From an uncultured Pseudomonadota bacterium (GTDB taxonomy: Bacteria > BMS3Abin14), in the NCBI GenBank assembly GCA_964454175.1, contig CAYVSA010000048.1, positions 1-12,152 on the forward strand: a stretch of DNA of 12,152 nucleotides, in the 5' to 3' direction. The notes below the pieces were generated by a model. The model made no database searches, was not told the DNA's origin, and saw nothing but the letters and a program-made list of their open reading frames with translations. Positions within the stretch are counted from its first letter, which is position 1, and each line of letters starts with the position of its first letter. Shown one piece after another: positions 7,201-12,152 of this stretch. The position numbers and the translations under genes are program-made.

Positions 7201-8085
7201 ATGAGCCTCGAGCAGCAGATCCTCCAGTATCTCCTGACCGGCATAACGATAGGCAGTGTATATGCCCTCATTGGCCTGGGGTTCAATATAATCTACAACT
7301 CTACCGAGATCATTAACTTCGCCCAGGGCGAGTTCGTGATGCTGGGCGGCCTCATAACTGTATCCGGGATGCAGATCCTGCACCTTCCGGTACCTTTTGC
7401 CGCCGCATTGGCGATCATACTCGTTGGCGTGATCGGCGTTGTCATGGATCTCCTTGCGGTACGTCCCCTTAAAGATCCAAGTCCCATAACACTGATAATT
7501 ATCACTATCGGCGCCTCTATTTTCATCAGGGGCGTTGCCAGTTTTATCTGGGGAAAGGAGCCTCATTCTATCCCCGCTTTTTCGGGTGAGGACCCGATAC
7601 CGTTTTTTGGTGCCGTGATCCAGCCGCAGAGCCTCTGGGTTATGCTCGTCACCGTAGTTATAGTTATTGCTCTTAAACAGTTTTTCGACAGGACCATCAC
7701 CGGCAAGGCGATGATAGCCTGCGCGTTCCAGCCGAGAGCCGCAAGGCTTGTTGGGATAGATGTTTCCTACATGGTTCTCCTTTCCTTCGGGCTGAGCGGA
7801 GCTGTGGGGGCTGCTGCCGGCATCGTCATTGCGCCGATGAGCATGCTTCAGTACGACATGGGTGTGATGCTGGGGCTGAAGGGGTTCTGTGCGGCCATTA
7901 TTGGCGGACTGGGATACCCTTGGGGAGCGGTTGTCGGTGGTTTGTCCCTGGGTGTTCTTGAATCACTTGGGGCCGGCCTAATCTCCAGCGGTTATAAGGA
8001 CGCCATTGCCTTTGTGATCCTGCTGCTGATGCTCTTTTTCAGGCCTCAGGGTCTCCTCGGAAAATCAAAGGGGGACCGGGTATGA
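7201..8085 (+). CDS. livH: LIV-type ABC transporter permease (LivH-like), 294 aa
   Basis: GITIGSVYALIGLGF..IY....IINFAQGEF.MLG, T..GKAM.A, A.LVGI, GLKGF.AAIIGGLG, YKDAIAF..LLL.L..RPQGLLG. The symbol denotes the family, not the substrate. Confidence 0.92.
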   Translation: MSLEQQILQYLLTGITIGSVYALIGLGFNIIYNSTEIINFAQGEFVMLGGLITVSGMQILHLPVPFAAALAIILVGVIGVVMDLLAVRPLKDPSPITLIIITIGASIFIRGVASFIWGKEPHSIPAFSGEDPIPFFGAVIQPQSLWVMLVTVVIVIALKQFFDRTITGKAMIACAFQPRAARLVGIDVSYMVLLSFGLSGAVGAAAGIVIAPMSMLQYDMGVMLGLKGFCAAIIGGLGYPWGAVVGGLSLGVLESLGAGLISSGYKDAIAFVILLLMLFFRPQGLLGKSKGDRV

Positions 8086-9080
8086 GGACCGGCACCTTTA
8101 TGAGGTCACCCTACGCCGGATTCACTGCCTTTGCTGCCCTGCTGCTGGTCCTTCCGCAATTTATAACGAACGAATATTACCTGAACGTCCTCATAATCAT
8201 AGGGATAAACTCCATAACTGTCCTGGGGCTCGATCTGCTGATGGGCTACACGGGGCAGATATCTCTCGGGCATGCGGCTTTCTACGGTTTGGGTGCCTAC
8301 GTCTCTGGAATACTTTCCGCGAGGTGGGACTGGCCGCCACTGGCGGGTCTTGTTGTGGCCCTCGCAGGAGTCGGGCTGATAGCTTTTATGGTGGGAAACC
8401 CTACGCTCAAGCTGCAGGGACACTACCTTGCCATGGCAACACTCGGCTTCGGTATAATCGTATTTATATTCTTCCAGGAGCTTATACCCCTCACCGGCGG
8501 GCCCTCTGGTCTGGTCGGTATTAAAAAGATGAGCCTGTTCGGGATAACCTTCGATACCGACAGGAGTTACTATCAACTGGTGTGTGTCGTACTCCTGGCC
8601 GTCCTGCTGCTGTCCATAAACATCGTCAACTCGAGGGTAGGAAGGGCCCTCAGGGCCATACACGGTTCAGAGATCGCCGCTAACGTGCTGGGTGTTAAGA
8701 CCTCAAGGTACAAGGTGGGGATATTTGTCATTTCGGCACTCTACGCAGCTGTAGCGGGCTGGCTGTACGCGCACTACATAACCTTTCTGAGCCCAAGCTC
8801 CTTCGGGTTCATGTTTTCAATAAAACTGGTAACCATGGTCGTTGTGGGAAGCCTTGGAAGCCTTTGGGGGGCTCTCTTCGGGACCGCTCTTCTTACCAGC
8901 CTTCCGGAGTTCCTGGCAGTCCTGGAGAACTACGAAACCGTGACCTTCGGCCTTATATTGATGTCTGTAATGATCTTCATGCCCAGGGGTCTCCTCAGGG
9001 GGATCGAGGATCTGTTGATAAAAATATTTACCTTTACGAAGAAGAAATTCAGGGATCAGAGCATCCCAGACCCGCAGTAA
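8082..9080 (+). CDS. livM: LIV-type ABC transporter permease (LivM-like), 332 aa
   Basis: GLDLLMGYTGQISLGHAAFYGLGAY, L.GHYLAMATLGF, TGGPSG, SRVGRALRAI...E.AA..LGV, F.SPSSF, PRGL. ATGA overlap with livH. Confidence 0.92.
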   Translation: MRTGTFMRSPYAGFTAFAALLLVLPQFITNEYYLNVLIIIGINSITVLGLDLLMGYTGQISLGHAAFYGLGAYVSGILSARWDWPPLAGLVVALAGVGLIAFMVGNPTLKLQGHYLAMATLGFGIIVFIFFQELIPLTGGPSGLVGIKKMSLFGITFDTDRSYYQLVCVVLLAVLLLSINIVNSRVGRALRAIHGSEIAANVLGVKTSRYKVGIFVISALYAAVAGWLYAHYITFLSPSSFGFMFSIKLVTMVVVGSLGSLWGALFGTALLTSLPEFLAVLENYETVTFGLILMSVMIFMPRGLLRGIEDLLIKIFTFTKKKFRDQSIPDPQ

Positions 9081-9105
9081 AAGCGACCGGGAACCACAAG
9101 AACAT

Positions 9106-9876
9106 ATGGTGACTATGGAACCACTGCTCAGTACCGAAAAACTTAACAGGAACTTCGGCGGCGTCAGGGCCCTCGACGGCCTTGACCTGGAAATTCACGA
9201 GGGCCTCATTCAGTCTGTGATAGGCCCGAACGGGGCGGGAAAAACCACCCTGTTTAACGTGATCTCCGGTGTGATACCGCCGTCTGGCGGAACGGTGCGC
9301 TTCAAAGGTCAAGTTATTACCGGTATGGCTCCACACCAGATAGCAGCTCTGGGAACGACAAGAACTTTTCAGAATTTGCAGCTCTTTTCCGAGATGACGG
9401 TCCTGGAGAACGTAATGGTGGGCATGCACATTCGCTGCCGGGGCGGGCTCCTTTCATCGGCCCTGAAATTACCCTGGGTACTTAAGGAAGAAAAAAGAGT
9501 AAGGGCCAAGTCCCTGGAGTGGCTCGATCTGGTGGGACTTGACGGTGATCCCGATATTCCGGCGGGAAGCCTGCCCTTTGGGAAACAGAGGACGCTGGAA
9601 CTGGCAAGGGCACTGGCATCACAGCCGAAGCTCCTCATGCTGGATGAACCTGCCGCAGGGCTGAATATGCGTGAAACCGAGGACCTTGCAGGTCTTATCG
9701 AACGTATAAGCGCTCTTGAGGTCACTATTCTTCTGGTAGAACACGACATGGATCTGGTCATGGAAATATCGGACCGCGTCTCGGTCATGGACCAGGGCAG
9801 GAAGATCTCGGAAGGTGACCCTGAAACCGTGAGAAACGACGACGTTGTCCTCAAAGCCTATCTGGGGGAAGAATAG
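9106..9876 (+). CDS. livG: LIV-type ABC transporter ATP-binding protein (LivG-like), 256 aa
   Basis: FGGVRAL, Walker A GPNGAGKTT, RTFQN, LPFGKQR signature, LLMLDEPAAG Walker B, LVEHDM, AYLG. The start may instead be ATG 9115. Confidence 0.93.
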   Translation: MVTMEPLLSTEKLNRNFGGVRALDGLDLEIHEGLIQSVIGPNGAGKTTLFNVISGVIPPSGGTVRFKGQVITGMAPHQIAALGTTRTFQNLQLFSEMTVLENVMVGMHIRCRGGLLSSALKLPWVLKEEKRVRAKSLEWLDLVGLDGDPDIPAGSLPFGKQRTLELARALASQPKLLMLDEPAAGLNMRETEDLAGLIERISALEVTILLVEHDMDLVMEISDRVSVMDQGRKISEGDPETVRNDDVVLKAYLGEE

Positions 9877-9878
9877 CC

Positions 9879-10619
9879 GTGCTGATGGTCCGCAGCATTA
9901 ACACCTTCTACGGAAGGATACAGGTACTTAAAGGGGTATCCATACACGTTGGGGCAGGGGAAATTGTCGCGTTGATCGGAGCAAACGGTGCGGGGAAGAC
10001 AACCCTCATCAATGCCGTGAGCGGTATTCTGAAGGTTTCTGACGGCACAGTACAGATGGACAAAAAGGAGATACAGAACCTGTCGCCTGAAAAGATAGTG
10101 AGGGCAGGGATTTCGCAGGTACCGGAAGGCCGTCTTATTTTTCCAACCCAGACAGTCCAGGACAATTTACTGCTTGGCGCATATATAAGGTTCAAGTCCA
10201 GGGAAAAGAATAAAGTTGCAGATGAAATAAAGAATATTTATCAGTTATTTCCGCAACTTAAGGAAAGGTCTTCACAAATAGCTGGAACACTTAGTGGAGG
10301 GGAGCAGCAGATGCTGGCCCTGGGAAGAGCCCTCATGGCAAACCCGAAGCTGCTGCTACTGGACGAACCATCCCTTGGGCTTGCTCCCATCATATCCACG
10401 GAGATCTTCAGGGCGATATCGAGGCTCAGGGACGAAAGAGGCGTTACCATCCTGCTCGTTGAACAGAACGCCAGGGCAGCCCTCGCCATGTCCGACAGGG
10501 GCTACGTCCTGGAAACCGGCACGGTGGTTTTGCAGGATACTGCTGATAGACTCATGCAGAACAAGGAGGTCCAGAGGGCCTATATGGGGAAGGGGAAGAA
10601 GGAGATATGGGACGCGTAG
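9879..10619 (+). CDS. livF: LIV-type ABC transporter ATP-binding protein (LivF-like), 246 aa
   Basis: GTG start 2 nt after the livG stop. GANGAGKTT, VPEGR.IF, LSGGEQQMLA.GRALM, LLLLDEPSLGLAP, LVEQNA, YVLETG. Confidence 0.93.
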   Translation: MLMVRSINTFYGRIQVLKGVSIHVGAGEIVALIGANGAGKTTLINAVSGILKVSDGTVQMDKKEIQNLSPEKIVRAGISQVPEGRLIFPTQTVQDNLLLGAYIRFKSREKNKVADEIKNIYQLFPQLKERSSQIAGTLSGGEQQMLALGRALMANPKLLLLDEPSLGLAPIISTEIFRAISRLRDERGVTILLVEQNARAALAMSDRGYVLETGTVVLQDTADRLMQNKEVQRAYMGKGKKEIWDA

Positions 10620-10635
10620 GTTTAACGGTTATGAG

Positions 10636-10663
10636 TCCCATGACCCATGACCCAGGTCCCAGG
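10636..10663 (-). repeat. C-rich heptamer array (4 units; G-rich on the minus strand) after the livF stop
   Basis: tcccatg|acccatg|acccagg|tcccagg followed by taaaa. 10635-10668 matches 688-721 at 30 of 34 positions. Confidence 0.9.
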
Positions 10664-10746
10664 TAAAATAAATATGAGAGGGACGATCCTGAAACGTAAT
10701 TCTATTTTCGATGATTGATGTTGATTATTATTTGGTGATTACCTAA

Positions 10747-10836
10747 CTTGGGCCTTGAGACATGGGACCTGGGACTGCACCTGAGACATGGGACCCGGGA
10801 CAGCACCTGGGCCTTGAGACATGGGACCTGGGACTG
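10747..10836 (+). repeat. G-rich heptamer array (11 units) arranged as three higher-order blocks
   Basis: [cttgggc cttgaga catggga cctggga ctgca][cctgaga catggga cccggga cagca][cctgggc cttgaga catggga cctggga ctg]. 10749-10777 and 10808-10836 are an exact 29-nt direct repeat. Confidence 0.92.
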
Positions 10837-10862
10837 TCCCTAAAGTAAACGGAGTTATCGAG

Positions 10863-12152
10863 ATGAAGAGCCACCGGATCTGGAACGAAGAAGCAGAAAC
10901 GATAGACAGGGATGAGCTCGAGCAGCTCCAGGTCGAGCGTCTCCAGTCCACCCTTAACCGCCTCTACAAGAATGTTAAATTCTACAAAAAGCGGTTCGAC
11001 GATCAGGGAATGCTGCCCTCGGACGTCCAGTCCAGGGAGGATCTGGCAGGCATACCCTTTACAACCAAGGAGGAACTCCGCGAGAATTACCCATATGGGA
11101 TGTTCGCCGTTCCTCTCCGGGAGGTTGTCAGGATACATTCATCTACGGGGACAACGGGAAAACCCACCGTAGTCGGATATACTCAAAACGATCTTGAAAA
11201 GTGGAGCGAGGTCGTCGCGCGTTTCCTCACCGCTGGGGGGGTTACCAGAGATGACGTAGTGCAGATAGCATTCGGATACGGCCTCTTCACAGGCGGGTTC
11301 GGACTGCATTACGGGGCTGAAAAGATAGAGGCCTCCGTCATCCCCATGTCCAGCGGGAATACTAAAAAACAGCTCATGATAATGGAGGATTACAGAACAA
11401 CTGCTCTCGTCTGTACGCCGTCTTATGCCCTGTTTCTTTCCGAACTCCTGGAAAAAAATGGTGTGGAAAAGGGCAGGCTGAGTCTCAAATACGGACTTTT
11501 CGGCGCAGAACCGTGGTCAGAGAGAATGCGAGACGAGATCGAGAGCAAACTGGGTATTACTGCCACCGACAATTACGGTCTCTCGGAGGTGATGGGACCG
11601 GGAGTTGCGGGGGAATGTCTTGAAAAGTCGGGGCTCCACGTCAACGAGGACCACTTTATCCCGGAAATTGTCGATCCAGAAACCGGGCAGCCCCTGCCTA
11701 TGGGAGAAACAGGCGAACTGGTTATTACAACCATCACCAAGGAAGCAATGCCCCTTATCAGGTATCGCACCAGGGATCTGACCAGCTTGTACCTGGACGA
11801 CTGCCCATGCGGACGTACACTGATGAAGATGAAAAAGGTCAGCGGGCGCACCGATGACATGATAATCATTGGGGGAGTGAACATCTTCCCGGCCAGGGTC
11901 GAGGAGATCCTCTTTGGATATGAGGGTGTTGCCCCACACTATCAGATCCGCCTTTTCAGGGCAGGAAGGCTGGATAAAATGGAGGTTATGGTCGAGATAA
12001 GCGAGGGTTTTTTCTTTGACGAGATGAAGAAACAGCGGGAGATGGTGGATAGGATAAAAGAGGACCTGAGGGCCGCCGTAGGTATCAACGTAGGTGTCAG
12101 GCTTGTCGAACCCGGCTCCCTGGAACGTTTTGAGGGTAAGGCCAGTCGAGTG
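10863..12152 (+). CDS. paaK: Phenylacetate-CoA ligase family protein, copy 2 (3' end just beyond the window; absent from the ORF track)
   Basis: ATG 10863 with GGAG at 10851-10854. Open for 430 codons to the window edge: [23 protein letters not shown]..., [75 protein letters not shown], ...[10 protein letters not shown]. Confidence 0.95.
   Translation, partial: MKSHRIWNEEAETIDRDELEQLQVERLQSTLNRLYKNVKFYKKRFDDQGMLPSDVQSREDLAGIPFTTKEELRENYPYGMFAVPLREVVRIHSSTGTTGKPTVVGYTQNDLEKWSEVVARFLTAGGVTRDDVVQIAFGYGLFTGGFGLHYGAEKIEASVIPMSSGNTKKQLMIMEDYRTTALVCTPSYALFLSELLEKNGVEKGRLSLKYGLFGAEPWSERMRDEIESKLGITATDNYGLSEVMGPGVAGECLEKSGLHVNEDHFIPEIVDPETGQPLPMGETGELVITTITKEAMPLIRYRTRDLTSLYLDDCPCGRTLMKMKKVSGRTDDMIIIGGVNIFPARVEEILFGYEGVAPHYQIRLFRAGRLDKMEVMVEISEGFFFDEMKKQREMVDRIKEDLRAAVGINVGVRLVEPGSLERFEGKASRV

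Noticed and set aside
10674-10718. 14-codon ORF MRGTILKRNSIFDD in the AT-rich insert as a possible leader peptide
   Set aside because: Only a weak SD (AGGT at 10661-10664), a single Phe with no run of regulatory codons, and no attenuator hairpin with U tract. An ORF of this size is expected by chance.
10700-10731. Sigma70 promoter for paaK copy 2 based on TATTAT at 10726-10731
   Set aside because: No acceptable -35 at 16-18 nt spacing and no correctly placed TGn extension. Not supportable without TSS data.
10747-10836. Possible CRISPR array
   Set aside because: The blocks abut with 5-nt linkers and have no unique 25-45 nt spacers. They have internal 7-nt periodicity, and no cas genes are in the window.
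10739-11172. Short track ORFs at 10739-10951, 10743-11138 and 10912-11172 with repetitive PGPMSQG-type peptides
   Set aside because: They are alternative-frame or antisense readings of the repeat array and of paaK copy 2, which the track missed because it has no stop inside the window.
2905-11241. Homopolymer runs (A8 at 2905-2912, G7 at 3318-3324, G7 at 11235-11241) as phase-variation tracts
   Set aside because: They are short, in frame, and explained by Lys-Lys or Gly-Gly codons in conserved metabolic genes.

Overview
A single-strand (+) metabolic gene cluster, probably from an anaerobic diderm bacterium (Desulfobacterota/'deltaproteobacterial' type; this is inferred from gene content only). 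Gene order: PHP-family phosphoesterase, membrane-anchored TPR (YfgM-like) protein, iorA, iorB, phenylacetate-CoA-ligase-family gene 1, tandem-ACT protein, LIV/HAAT-type ABC transporter (substrate-binding protein, two permeases, two ATPases), then a second phenylacetate-CoA-ligase-family gene that runs off the window end and is missing from the ORF track. Together these read as an aryl-acid uptake / CoA-activation / ferredoxin-dependent (de)carboxylation module. The least explained signal is non-coding. A family of 7-nt repeats (consensus CHTGRGH; 27 units in 3 intergenic regions) forms a palindromic cassette with a 4-nt centre at 686-751 and a closely related cassette with an 83-nt AT-rich centre and expanded right arm at 10636-10836. 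Two of the arrays contain canonical G-quadruplex motifs, and two bracket the ACT-liv block as imperfect inverted repeats. The substrate-binding gene is flanked by structured RNA hairpins. I recognised no rRNA, tRNA, CRISPR array or transposase.
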